The notes: generated by a model not told the origin, from the sequence alone. A stretch of DNA of 64,000 nucleotides from an uncultured Acidobacteriota bacterium (GCA_963815285.1 CAWFGB010000005.1:295919-359918); one strand, 5' to 3'. Shown: positions 39,069 to 48,249, numbered from the stretch's first letter. Translations and numbers: made by a program.

Positions 39069-39163
39069 ACCGGGTGCGACCGGGTGCGACCGGGTGCACT
39101 CGGGTGCGGCTGGGTGCGGCGGGGTGCGGCGGTGAGGTGCGGCCGGGTGTGGCCGGGGTGTGA
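39066..39163. repeat. Nine tandem 10-nt units (CGGGTGCGNC), beginning at the yjbQ stop codon.
   Basis: TGAAC CGGGTGCGAC CGGGTGCGAC CGGGTGCACT CGGGTGCGGC TGGGTGCGGC GGGGTGCGGC GGTGAGGTGCGGC CGGGTGTGGC CGGGGTGTG. Confidence 0.85.
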
Positions 39164-39232
39164 TTAGGCGCCGCCGTTCGACATCTGCTCTGCCTCTGTA
39201 GTGGCGGTCTCGGACGCGCCGACGATAACCCA

Positions 39233-39736
39233 ATGTTCAACGAATTCCCTTCTCAACCGATCCTCGGGATCGGCGCCGTGATCGTCAAGGACGGTAAGGC
39301 GATCATCGTCAAACGGGCAAACGATCCTTACAAAGGCCAATGGTCGATCCCCGGCGGACGGGTCGAGCTGGGCGAGACATTGGCCGAGGCCGTGCGGCGC
39401 GAGATGCGCGAAGAGACTGGCCTCGAAGTCCGCGTCGGCCCTGTGATCGAGGTCTTCGAGCGCGTCGAACGCGAGGGGGACCGCATCCTGTATCACTTCG
39501 TCGTCGTCGATTACCTCTGTACGTGCACCGGTGGCGTGCTCTGCGCTGGTGACGATGCCGAAGATGTGGCGTGGGTGAGCACGGAGGATCTCCAGCGCTA
39601 CGGTGTCGCCGATACGGCCGCGGCGGTGATCGGTAAAGGCCTCGCGCGCGCAGCCCACGAAAAACACGAAGAACACGAAGAACACGAACATGACGGGCAC
39701 GAAGGACACGAAGGGCGCGACCGGCGCGAAGGATGA
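39233..39736 (+). CDS. NUDIX hydrolase with a repeat-encoded His/Glu-rich C-terminal tail.
   Basis: The Nudix box is GGRVELGETLAEAVRREMREETGL. The last about 27 codons (HEKHEEHEEHEHDGHEGHEGRDRREG) are the in-frame reading of a 9-nt tandem array. Confidence 0.85.
   Translation: MFNEFPSQPILGIGAVIVKDGKAIIVKRANDPYKGQWSIPGGRVELGETLAEAVRREMREETGLEVRVGPVIEVFERVEREGDRILYHFVVVDYLCTCTGGVLCAGDDAEDVAWVSTEDLQRYGVADTAAAVIGKGLARAAHEKHEEHEEHEHDGHEGHEGRDRREG
39656..39733 (+). repeat. 9-nt tandem array (CACGAAGAA type) inside the 3' end of the NUDIX ORF.
   Basis: CACGAAAAA CACGAAGAA CACGAAGAA CACGAACAT GACGGGCAC GAAGGACAC GAAGGGCGC GACCGGCGC GAAGGA tga. The same CACGAAGG word is seen in non-coding DNA at 10881 and 45160. 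Confidence 0.85.
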
Positions 39737-39748
39737 TAAGTTTTCACG

Positions 39749-40321
39749 ATGCAAGTCTCGAGAGAAGCGGCGTGGCAGTTGCTAACCGAGTGGACCGCGA
39801 GCGAAAGCTTGCGCAAGCACGCGCTGGCCGTGGAGGCCGCCGTGCGAGGCTATGCGCGGCAGTTCGGCGAGAACGAAGAAGAGTGGAGCGTCGTCGCCCT
39901 ACTGCACGATTACGATTACGAGCGCTATCCGACGCTGGGCGATCATCCGAACAAGGGATGTGAGCACCTGCGCTCGCTTGGCTATCCCGAGTGGGTGATC
40001 CGCGCGATCCTGTCGCACGCGTCCGAGATTACCGGTATCCAACCCGAGACGCCACTCGAGAAAACCCTTGTCGCCTGCGACGAGATGGCAGGCTTCGTGA
40101 CTGCTGCCTCGCTGGTGCGGCCATCGAAGAGTGTGCTGGACCTGGAGGCGGCGTCGGTCATCAAACGGATGAAGGACAAGGCATTTGCCCGGCAGGTGCC
40201 GCGTGATCATCTAGCGCGCGGGGCGGAGCTCATGAGGCTGCCGCTCGACCAGCACATCACCAATGTCATCCTCTTCATGCGTGAGAAGGCGGACGATCTA
40301 GGACTCCGAGGAACGCTCTAG
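39749..40321 (+). CDS. HD-domain metal-dependent phosphohydrolase (HDIG-like).
   Basis: KHALAVEAAVRGYA...ALLHDYDYERYP...HPNKG are HD motifs. Length 190 aa. Confidence 0.8.
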   Translation: MQVSREAAWQLLTEWTASESLRKHALAVEAAVRGYARQFGENEEEWSVVALLHDYDYERYPTLGDHPNKGCEHLRSLGYPEWVIRAILSHASEITGIQPETPLEKTLVACDEMAGFVTAASLVRPSKSVLDLEAASVIKRMKDKAFARQVPRDHLARGAELMRLPLDQHITNVILFMREKADDLGLRGTL

Positions 40322-40346
40322 CGCAAGGTTCCGTATACTTCAACAC

Positions 40347-41342
40347 ATGCCGGAGCCGCTCGGCGGTATTGAATCCCCGCCCTCCATCCCCCTGTTTCAC
40401 CCCACGCCCACGGACCCAACCAAACCGGTGGTGCACTGCGAGAACCTCAGCGTCCGCTACGGCAAGCAGTGGGCACTTAAAGACGTTTCGACGCAGTTCA
40501 TGGGTGGCGCGGTCGGCCTGCTTGGCCCGAACGGAGCTGGCAAGAGCACGCTCATCAAGACGCTGCTGGGTTTTGTCGTGCCGGACCAGGGGCGGATGAC
40601 GGTGCTGGACATGAACGTCGCCGAGCAGCCGCTCGATATCCGTGCCCGTATCGGGTACATGCCTGAGAGCGACGGCCACATTCCCGGCATGAATGCAGTT
40701 TCGTTTGTCGCTTATTGCGGCCAGCTGTCCGGTCTTCCGGTGGCCGACTCGATGCAGCGCGCGCATGAAGTGCTCTACTACGTGGGCCTCGGCGAGGCGC
40801 GCTATCGCAATCTGGAAACCTACTCGACGGGCATGAAGCAGCGCATCAAGCTGGCACAGGCGCTGGTGCACGATCCCGACCTGCTGTTTCTCGACGAACC
40901 CACCAATGGCATGGACCCCAAGGGTCGCGACGAAATGCTCGAACTGATTCGCGATCTGGCGCACAACAAGGGCGTGAATCTGATTCTCTCGTCGCACCTG
41001 CTGCCGGACGTCGAGCACACGTGCGACCGCGTGGTCGTCATGGATAAGGGCACCATTGCCGCCGCAGGACCGATTGAGGCGCTCAAGGGGCCCGCCGGCC
41101 GCGTCTACGAACTGCGCATCAAAGGCGACGGCACGGCGTTCATCGCGGTGCTGCGGCGGGAGGGCTACGAGTGCCACGACACGGAGGAAGACGTCATGCG
41201 CGTCTTCGTCCCGGGCACCTCGTCCGAAGGCGCGCGCGTGCTGTTTCAGCTCGCGGCGCGTGAGGGTGCGCAGATCCGGCACCTGCGTCCGAGCGTCCCC
41301 ACACTCGAGGATGTGTTTGCCCGTGCCGTGGGTGAGGCGTAG
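40347..41342 (+). CDS. ABC transporter ATP-binding protein (ABC-2 exporter type), copy 1.
   Basis: Walker A is GPNGAGKST. The signature is YSTGMKQR. Walker B is LLFLDEPTNGMD. H-loop SSH. C-terminal accessory domain present. Confidence 0.9.
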   Translation: MPEPLGGIESPPSIPLFHPTPTDPTKPVVHCENLSVRYGKQWALKDVSTQFMGGAVGLLGPNGAGKSTLIKTLLGFVVPDQGRMTVLDMNVAEQPLDIRARIGYMPESDGHIPGMNAVSFVAYCGQLSGLPVADSMQRAHEVLYYVGLGEARYRNLETYSTGMKQRIKLAQALVHDPDLLFLDEPTNGMDPKGRDEMLELIRDLAHNKGVNLILSSHLLPDVEHTCDRVVVMDKGTIAAAGPIEALKGPAGRVYELRIKGDGTAFIAVLRREGYECHDTEEDVMRVFVPGTSSEGARVLFQLAAREGAQIRHLRPSVPTLEDVFARAVGEA

Positions 41343-41344
41343 TC

Positions 41345-42184
41345 ATGCCCATCCATGATCAGGGCTACCGCCGCTATCTGGGCTCGAAGGCGGCTGTCGG
41401 TAAGGCCTGGCAAGTCATCGCCCGTGCCGGCGTCAGGACCGTGCTCTCAAAACGCAGTTTCATCGCGCTCATGCTGCTCGCCTGGGCCCCCTTTGTCGTC
41501 CGCGCCGTGCAGGTCTACATCGCCGCCAATTTCCAGCAGGCGTCGTTTCTCGCGCCTCGGGCCGAAACGTTCCGCGAGTTTCTCGACCAACAGGGTGTGT
41601 TCGTCTTCTTCGTCACGATCTACATCGGCGCCGGGCTCATCGCCAACGATCGCCGAGCCAACGCGCTGCAGGTCTACCTCTCCAAGCCGCTGACCCGCAC
41701 CGAGTATGTGGCCGGCAAGTTTGCCATCCTGTTCCTGTTCCTCGCCAGCGTGACCTGGCTCCCCGCCATTCTGTTGCTGATCGTGCAAACCATGTTCGCC
41801 GGCAACTTCACGTTCGTGCAGGAGAACGTCTTCCTGCTCCCGGCCATCACGCTGTTTTCGCTGCTGCAGGTCCTCGTCTCGGCGATGACCATGCTGGCGC
41901 TGTCATCGATGTCCAAGAGCAGCCGCTTTGTCGGCATCATGTATGCCGGCCTCATCTTCTTCACCGCGGCGTTTTTCCAGGCGCTACGCGGCATTACCGG
42001 GAGCAGTTCCTGGGCATGGCTCTCGCCAACGGATACGCTGGAGCAGATTGGCGCCTATATTTTCCGGATTGACCCGCCGTATCAGCTGTCGCCGGTGGTC
42101 GCGATTGCCACCGTCATCGTGCTCATCGCTGGATCGGCCTGGATCCTCGAGCGCAACGTGCGCGGCGTCGAGGTGGTGAAATGA
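41345..42184 (+). CDS. ABC-2-type permease, copy 1.
   Basis: 279 aa, about 6 TM segments. Starts 2 nt after the ATPase gene. 4-nt overlap with the next ATPase gene. Confidence 0.75.
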   Translation: MPIHDQGYRRYLGSKAAVGKAWQVIARAGVRTVLSKRSFIALMLLAWAPFVVRAVQVYIAANFQQASFLAPRAETFREFLDQQGVFVFFVTIYIGAGLIANDRRANALQVYLSKPLTRTEYVAGKFAILFLFLASVTWLPAILLLIVQTMFAGNFTFVQENVFLLPAITLFSLLQVLVSAMTMLALSSMSKSSRFVGIMYAGLIFFTAAFFQALRGITGSSSWAWLSPTDTLEQIGAYIFRIDPPYQLSPVVAIATVIVLIAGSAWILERNVRGVEVVK

Positions 42185-43149
42185 CGATGGTCGCGACGAG
42201 CATCGAGCGTCCTCGCGCGAGCGAAGGCGAAGCGATCATTCAGGCGACGCAGCTGTCCAAGTGGTACGGGCAGGTGAGTGGCCTCAACGACGTGACCGCG
42301 GCCATACCTCCGGGCATTACCGGGCTGCTGGGTCCCAACGGCGCCGGCAAATCCACCTTCATGAAGCTCATCACCGGCCAGATCAAGCCGAGCAAGGGTT
42401 CGGTGAGGGTCTTCGGCGAGCCGATGTGGGGCAATCCCGGCATTTATCGGCGCATCGGGTTCTGCCCGGAGCAGGATGCGTTTTATGAACGGATGACCGG
42501 GCTGGAGTGGGTCACGGCGCTCGTGCGGCTCAACGGTCTCACCGATGCCGAGGCCGCCAGCGCAGCCCAAAGAGCTCTCGAGAAGGTCGAGTTGATGGAC
42601 GCCGCGAACAAGAAGATCGGCGCCTACAGCAAGGGCATGCGTCAGCGCGTCAAGCTGGCGCAGGCGCTCGTGCATGACCCCGAGTTGCTGATTCTCGATG
42701 AACCGCTGAGCGGCATGGATCCGCTGATGCGCCGCAAGACCGTGCGGTTCATCAAGGACTGGGCCCGCGCAGGCAAGCACATTGTCGTGTCGAGCCACAT
42801 CCTGCACGAGATCGAGGCGATGACGTCGAACATCCTCCTGATCAACAACGGGCGGATTCTGGCGGAGGGAAACGTGCACTCGATCCGCGAGCTGATCGAT
42901 ACCCATCCACACACCGTCTATGTCCGTGGCGCCGACCCACGTGCGCTGGCGCGCAGGTTTCTCGCCGAAGACGATGTGCTCAGCCTGCGCTTCGAGCCAG
43001 ACGCCGTGGTCGTTGAGACGTCCAAGCCTGATTCCTTCTACGCGCGGCTGACGCAGCTGGCGACGAGCGGAGAGGCCGGAGCCGTCGAGGAGGTCACCTC
43101 TCCCGACGACAACCTCCAGGCGGTGTTCCGCTATCTGGTGAAGCAATGA
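42181..43149 (+). CDS. ABC transporter ATP-binding protein, copy 2.
   Basis: GPNGAGKST, YSKGMRQR, LLILDEPLSGMD, SSH. Confidence 0.9.
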   Translation: MTMVATSIERPRASEGEAIIQATQLSKWYGQVSGLNDVTAAIPPGITGLLGPNGAGKSTFMKLITGQIKPSKGSVRVFGEPMWGNPGIYRRIGFCPEQDAFYERMTGLEWVTALVRLNGLTDAEAASAAQRALEKVELMDAANKKIGAYSKGMRQRVKLAQALVHDPELLILDEPLSGMDPLMRRKTVRFIKDWARAGKHIVVSSHILHEIEAMTSNILLINNGRILAEGNVHSIRELIDTHPHTVYVRGADPRALARRFLAEDDVLSLRFEPDAVVVETSKPDSFYARLTQLATSGEAGAVEEVTSPDDNLQAVFRYLVKQ

Positions 43150-44030
43150 CGGACCGCGCCGCCGTGACCGGCGGGATCAACGCTCCGCGCCCAGGTGGCG
43201 CGGCAATCAGCGGCCGCCCGTTGTCGTTCTGGGCTGCGTCGCGGCGGATCTTCGACCTGTCGCTCGGTGAGATGTTGTGGTCGCGGCGCACCATCTTCAT
43301 GGCGCTCGTCGTCGGTGGCCCGGTCCTGCTGGCGCTGATCGTGCGCGTGCTCGAATCGTTCGGGATGCCGGCGCTGCGTGTCAACGGGCAGCGAGTCGGC
43401 GGGATGGGCGTGTTCGGCATCATGATCTGGATGCTGTACCTGCGCTTCGCCATCCCGATTCTCGGGGTGTTCTACGGCACCGCGCTCATGGCCGACGAGG
43501 TCGAAGACAAGACGATCACCTACCTCTTCACGCGCCCGGTGCCCCGCGGGGCTGTGCTCTTCGGTAAGTACCTGGCCTACCTGGCGTGCACCTCACTGGT
43601 GGTCCTGCCCGCGGTGATGCTGGCGTATTTCCTGCTCGTCCCGCCCAGGGAGGTGCCCGCCACGTTTCTGCAGTTGGTGACCGACCTGGCCCTCCTCTTT
43701 GTCGGGTTGGCCGCGTACGGTGCCCTGTTTGCCTTTGTCGGGGCCTTTTTCAAACGGCCGCTGGTCATCGGGCTGGTGTTCGTGACCGGGTGGGAACAGA
43801 CGGCGATGGCCCTGCCCGGCTATATGAAGCGCTTCACGGTCGCCTATTACCTGCAGTCACTGGTGCCGCACAGCATGCCATCGGATGGGGTAGTCAGCAT
43901 CCTCCAGGGCATGTTCAGGGATACGCCCCCGGTCATGGTGTCGCTCTTTTGGCTGGCCTTCTATGTCGTGGTTTTTCTGTATCTTGCGACCAAAATCGTG
44001 GATCGTAAGGAGTACATCCTCGAGCAGTAA
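43146..44030 (+). CDS. ABC-2-type permease, copy 2.
   Basis: 294 aa and polytopic. 4-nt overlap with the preceding ATPase gene. Confidence 0.78.
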   Translation: MTDRAAVTGGINAPRPGGAAISGRPLSFWAASRRIFDLSLGEMLWSRRTIFMALVVGGPVLLALIVRVLESFGMPALRVNGQRVGGMGVFGIMIWMLYLRFAIPILGVFYGTALMADEVEDKTITYLFTRPVPRGAVLFGKYLAYLACTSLVVLPAVMLAYFLLVPPREVPATFLQLVTDLALLFVGLAAYGALFAFVGAFFKRPLVIGLVFVTGWEQTAMALPGYMKRFTVAYYLQSLVPHSMPSDGVVSILQGMFRDTPPVMVSLFWLAFYVVVFLYLATKIVDRKEYILEQ

Positions 44031-44072
44031 GCGGTTGGCGCTGCCGAACGCCCGGCGGCTCGTCACCGGCAC

Positions 44073-44092
44073 TTGGCGGGGCTCTCCGCCAA
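44073..44092 (+). terminator. Hairpin after the ABC cluster, with no U-tract.
   Basis: TTGGCGG-ggctct-CCGCCAA, a perfect 7-bp stem. It is flanked by GCGGTTGGCG ... CGCCAACCCGC, a longer inverted repeat. Confidence 0.3.
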
Positions 44093-44150
44093 CCCGCGGA
44101 AAATAGTGGGAACATTACGGTTAGGCCGATTCGTATAATCCAACAGGGGG

Positions 44151-45143
44151 ATGGTATCGATGTCGAACAGGACGCGGTATTTCGTGGTCACGGCGGCGGC
44201 AATCCTGGCGATTGGATTGACGACCGGGTTGGTGGCCTCCTACATGGGCCTCCCAGTGGCGTTCTCGAGTGCTGCCGGCCCCGATGAGCTTCAGTACGTT
44301 CCTGCCGATGCCGCGGTTGTCGCCTACGCCAACGTCCGAGAGATTATGGATTCGCAGTTCCGCGAGCGCTTTCGGCAGTTCGAGCCCGATACCAGCGAGC
44401 GCGACGAGTTCGAAGCGAAGACCGGCGTCAACATCGACCACGACATCAACTCGGTCGTGGCGGTGCTCACTGGCACCATCACGGAGCCGACGACCGCCCC
44501 CAGCGGGATGCTGATTCTGGCCCGCGGCCGTTTCGAGCAGGCCAGGCTCGAAGCGTTGGCGCTCGAGCATGGGGGCCGCGCCGAGGACTACGGTGGCAAG
44601 CGGCTGCTCATTCATCAGAACGATGCCGGCACCGTCGAGATGGCGATTGGCTTTCTCGAAGCGGACCTGATTGCGCTCGGTGGTTACGAAGCCATCAAGA
44701 AGTCGATTGACGCCCACGGCGGTCACAATATCGTGTCGACCAATGCCGATTTGATGCGCCAGATTGGCGAGCTCGACGCGAGCAACGCCTGGGCCGTCGG
44801 TCGATTCGACGCCATCGCCAGCAGCGCGCACCTTCCCTCGGATGTTCAGGCCTACCTCCCCGCAATTCAATGGTTCTCGGCAGCAACCCATATCAACGGC
44901 GGCGTCAGCGGCGTCTTCAAGGCTGAAGCGCGCGACGAGGAATCCGCCAAGAACATGCGCGACGTGCTCAACGGCTTCCTGGCGCTCGCCAAGATGCAGT
45001 CCTCGACCCAACCCGAACTCAAGATGATGGTCGACTCGCTGCAGCTGTCGGGCGATGGCAAGAACGTGGCGGTGTCCTTCACGCTGCCCACGGAGCTCTT
45101 CGACGCGCTGGAGCAGCTCAAGAAACTCGAGCAGCCGCAATAA
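44151..45143 (+). CDS. Membrane-anchored periplasmic hypothetical protein, 330 aa.
   Basis: The N-terminal TM is YFVVTAAAILAIGLTTGLVASYMG. TATAAT lies about 15 nt upstream and AGGGGGA serves as the RBS. No family recognised with confidence. Confidence 0.7.
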   Translation: MVSMSNRTRYFVVTAAAILAIGLTTGLVASYMGLPVAFSSAAGPDELQYVPADAAVVAYANVREIMDSQFRERFRQFEPDTSERDEFEAKTGVNIDHDINSVVAVLTGTITEPTTAPSGMLILARGRFEQARLEALALEHGGRAEDYGGKRLLIHQNDAGTVEMAIGFLEADLIALGGYEAIKKSIDAHGGHNIVSTNADLMRQIGELDASNAWAVGRFDAIASSAHLPSDVQAYLPAIQWFSAATHINGGVSGVFKAEARDEESAKNMRDVLNGFLALAKMQSSTQPELKMMVDSLQLSGDGKNVAVSFTLPTELFDALEQLKKLEQPQ

Positions 45144-45150
45144 GCAAAAG

Positions 45151-45193
45151 GCCACGACACCACGAAGGACACGATGATCCTCGTGCCCTTCAT
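45151..45193 (+). terminator. Nested hairpin built from CACGAAGG-family words after the 44151 gene.
   Basis: CCACGACAC CACGAAGGA CACGAtgatccTCGTG CCCTTCATG. The inner stem is CACGA/TCGTG. The outer stem is CACGAAGG/CCTTCATG with 1 mismatch. No U-tract. Confidence 0.4.
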
Positions 45194-45229
45194 GAGGTCG
45201 AGGGATATAATCCGCCCAGGTCTTAACCT

Positions 45230-45635
45230 GTGGCGGATTTCGCCTTTTTTTACGGCACGCTGATGACGCCCTTCAATCGCCCCGGGCGTCAGCGCGTCGA
45301 CACGATGATGGTCGTTTGTCGGGCGAGGCACGATCCGCGCAGCCCTGTTCGACCTCGGCATCTATCCAGCCGCCATTCCCACCCACGACGGCAGCACAGT
45401 CTGGGGCGAGGTCTACGAGATGCTCGACCCGGCGCTGGTGCTGGCGGCGCTCGACGAAATTGAAGGATATCGGGCCACCGAACCGGAGCGGAGTCTCTAC
45501 ATCCGTACCCGGACCGAGGTTGCCCTCGCCGGTGGAAGTATCCAGGCTTGGGTTTACTTCTACAACGCGCCATTAGGTCGGGCGCAACGAATCGAATCCG
45601 GAGACTATCTCGAGCACCTCAACGTCAAGGGGTAG
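45230..45635 (+). pseudogene. Gamma-glutamylcyclotransferase (AIG2/GGACT-like) gene interrupted by a 1-nt frameshift.
   Basis: Frame A from GTG 45230 reads VADFAFFYGTLMTPFNRPGRQRVDTMM... The homology continues in another frame from about 45309: SFVGRGTIRAALFDLGIYPAAIPTHDGSTVWGEVYEMLDPALVLAALDEIEGY...VYFY. TGA at 45306 closes the second frame upstream, and there is no start codon until 45420. Confidence 0.6.
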
Positions 45636-45649
45636 GCGCCTGGCCGCTG

Positions 45650-45994
45650 ATGACAGACGACTCTCGTGATTCTCAACGGATCGAGCTGCTGGGCTCTCTG
45701 AGCGGCGAAGTGATGGTGTATCAACCCACCACCATTCACCAGATTAGCCGCGGAGGGATGCAGATCGAGACGGCGTTTCCTCTACACGTGGACTCGCTAC
45801 ACGAGTTTCGGCTGACACTGGGACCACGGTCCATTGTCGTGAAGGGTCGCGTCGCGCACTGCCGTATCAGCGACGTGGATCAGGATGTTGTGACCTATCG
45901 CTCCGGCGTTGAGTTCGTCGAGCCGTCAGACCGCATTGTGGTGGTCATCGACGAATTCATAGATCTGCTCGGACAACGGCGGCAGGGCCTCTAG
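45650..45994 (+). CDS. PilZ-domain protein.
   Basis: Start trimmed to MTDDSRDSQRIEL.... The RxxxR motif is RDSQR, and QISRGGMQIE is a (D/N)xSxxG-like motif. Beta-barrel-like remainder. Confidence 0.7.
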   Translation: MTDDSRDSQRIELLGSLSGEVMVYQPTTIHQISRGGMQIETAFPLHVDSLHEFRLTLGPRSIVVKGRVAHCRISDVDQDVVTYRSGVEFVEPSDRIVVVIDEFIDLLGQRRQGL

Positions 45995-46017
45995 CCTCGC
46001 GCTCTGTACTCACCTCG

Positions 46018-46392
46018 TCAGTGACGCTGGGCCCGTGTGACGTGCGTGGCGGGCAATCGCATCGGGCTGTGGTCCAGACTCGCGTTATCTGCGGCTGCCA
46101 TGTCCGCTTCGTGGACATAAGAGAGCACTGGAATCTGCGCTGTCTCCGGGTCGAGACGAAGCATCGTGAGCAGCTGGAACCCCGCCTCATCTTGCAGATC
46201 GAGGTTCACCACCACCATGTCCGGTTTGAGTGCGGCAACCGTGGCATAGGGCTCGTCATCCATGGCGACGAACTCGACATCGTAGGCGCGCCCGATCAGG
46301 ACGGGTTCAATGTGGGCGAGCACCTCGGGGCCGCCTCCAATGAAGACGGCAAGTTGCCTGTTGGCGTCACGGAGAAGTAAGTTCGGCGTCAT
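46018..46392 (-). CDS. Stand-alone receiver-like (pseudo-receiver) domain protein.
   Basis: Start trimmed to MTPNLLL... It has the CheY-like alternation (LAVFIGGG...[24 protein letters not shown]...IPVLSYV). The N-terminal acidic pair is missing, and the expected phospho-acceptor position reads N. Confidence 0.55.
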   Translation of the reverse strand: MTPNLLLRDANRQLAVFIGGGPEVLAHIEPVLIGRAYDVEFVAMDDEPYATVAALKPDMVVVNLDLQDEAGFQLLTMLRLDPETAQIPVLSYVHEADMAAADNASLDHSPMRLPATHVTRAQRH

Positions 46393-46559
46393 ATCGGCCC
46401 TCGCCCATTTGGGATTCAAGAACCGCGCCACTTCTAAGACGAGCACAGACCACGAAATTCCAGCCAAAAATGCGCAAAGCGAAGATACGGCGTCAGACAG
46501 TGGTGACACACCATGACGGAACAATTGTGGGTTGTCAGCGGGCAGGTAAGATCGTGCGC

Positions 46560-48074
46560 ATGTCTAAACCTACTGTGCCGATGTTCGACAACTACATCGG
46601 CGGGCGCTGGACGTCGGCGGCGTCCAGCAGCACATTCGAGAACCGAAACCCGGCAAATACCGACGATCTTCTCGGGGTATTTCCTGAGTCTTCCTCTGAT
46701 GACGCACTGGCGGCGATTGTCGCCGCCAAGGCCGCGTACCAGACCTGGCGCCTGGTCCCCGCGCCAAAGCGTGCAGAGATTCTGTTCAAAGCGGCACAAC
46801 TCCTCATCGAGCGCAAGGAACAGTTTGCCCGCGACATGACCCGCGAGATGGGCAAGGTCCTGGACGAAACCCGCGGCGATGTCCAGGAAGCCATCGATAT
46901 GACGTACTTTCTGGCCGCGGAAGGGCGGCGTCTCTACGGGCAGACAGTTCCGTCAGAGTTGCCCGACAAGTGGGCGATGTCGATGCGCCAGCCGATGGGC
47001 GTCTGCTCGATCGTCACCCCGTGGAACTTTCCGATGGCGATCCCCTCGTGGAAGATCATCCCCGCCCTCGTGTGTGGAAACACGGTCGTCTTCAAGCCCT
47101 CGGAGCTCACGCCGCTTTCAGCACTCAATTTCGTCCGGGTGCTCGAAGATGCGGGCGTGCCCCCCGGCGTCGTGAACATGGTGACCGGCGGCCCCATCAT
47201 TGGTGAGTTGCTCACGACTCATCAGGACATCGCGGTGGTGTCGTTTACGGGCTCGACGGCCGTCGGCCGGATGGTCAATCAGAATGCCGCCCCCTACTTC
47301 AAGAAAGTGCATCTCGAGATGGGCGGGAAGAACTGCATCATGATCATGGACGATGCCCACTTGGAATTGGCGCTCGAGGGGTGTCTCTGGGGCGGTTTCG
47401 GAACCAGCGGGCAGCGTTGCACGGCAGCCAGCCGGGTGATCGTCCACGAGAGTGTTTACGATCGCTTCGTCGATCAGTTCGTGGCGCGCGCCCAGGCACT
47501 GCGTGTGGGCGATGGGTTGGATCCGAAGACGCAGATGGGCCCGTCGGTGAGCGAGAAGCAGTTGTCCAAGGTCATGAGCTATGTCGCGATCGGGCGACAC
47601 GAGGGCGCCCGCATCGCGTGCGGTGGCAACCGACTGGAGCACGGTGCCATGGCGAAGGGATACTTTCACGAACCAACGGTGTTCGTCGACGTCACGCCGA
47701 ATATGCGGATAGCGAGAGAAGAAATCTTCGGGCCGGTGGTGTCGGTACTCAAATGCCGCTCGCTGGATGAAGCGATCGCAATCGGCAACGACGTCGATTA
47801 TGGGTTATCCGCGTCGCTCTACACGCAGGACATCAACCGCGCCTTCCGGGCGATGCGGGAAATGTACACCGGAATTTTCTACGTCAACGCGCCGACTATT
47901 GGCGCCGAAGTGCACTTGCCGTTTGGCGGGACCAAAGCCACCGGCAACGGCCACCGTGAAGCCGGGACCGCGGCCCTGGATGTGTTTTCCGAATGGAAGT
48001 CAATCTACGTGGACTTCAGCGGTAAGCTCCAGCGCGCGCAGATCGACAACAACCCGACAACCTTGACGCCCTAG
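46560..48074 (+). CDS. NAD(P)-dependent aldehyde dehydrogenase.
   Basis: Start trimmed to [46 protein letters not shown], the catalytic GQRCTA, and EEIFGPV. Confidence 0.9.
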   Translation: MSKPTVPMFDNYIGGRWTSAASSSTFENRNPANTDDLLGVFPESSSDDALAAIVAAKAAYQTWRLVPAPKRAEILFKAAQLLIERKEQFARDMTREMGKVLDETRGDVQEAIDMTYFLAAEGRRLYGQTVPSELPDKWAMSMRQPMGVCSIVTPWNFPMAIPSWKIIPALVCGNTVVFKPSELTPLSALNFVRVLEDAGVPPGVVNMVTGGPIIGELLTTHQDIAVVSFTGSTAVGRMVNQNAAPYFKKVHLEMGGKNCIMIMDDAHLELALEGCLWGGFGTSGQRCTAASRVIVHESVYDRFVDQFVARAQALRVGDGLDPKTQMGPSVSEKQLSKVMSYVAIGRHEGARIACGGNRLEHGAMAKGYFHEPTVFVDVTPNMRIAREEIFGPVVSVLKCRSLDEAIAIGNDVDYGLSASLYTQDINRAFRAMREMYTGIFYVNAPTIGAEVHLPFGGTKATGNGHREAGTAALDVFSEWKSIYVDFSGKLQRAQIDNNPTTLTP

Positions 48075-48218
48075 TCTTGGCATTGCGCGAGCATCGCCCT
48101 TCAGGCGCGGATTGACGCGAAATCCTGCGCTTTCCCCGCTCCTGATCGCCGCTTCGAGAATCTGCTCCTCCGCGTTCACGGTATTGGATCAACGGTGAAA
48201 CGTACGGAGAGCTGAACC

Positions 48219-48249
48219 AAAAAAAAGGCCGGGCAATGTCTGCCCGGCC
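48219..48249 (-). terminator. Rho-independent terminator of the TonB-receptor gene.
   Basis: The minus strand reads GGCCGGGCA-gacat-TGCCCGGCC followed by TTTTTTTT, 22 nt after the stop codon. Confidence 0.85.

Noticed and set aside
38598-39233. A 211-aa minus-strand ORF with PHPAAP repeats.
   Set aside because: The repeats are simply the reverse reading of the 10-nt CGGGTGCGAC array. The rest of the ORF is antisense to yjbQ.
44120-44150. TATAAT at about 44131 as proof of an independent promoter for the 44151 gene.
   Set aside because: No convincing -35 element sits at the correct spacing. It is mentioned only as a hint, not annotated as a feature.
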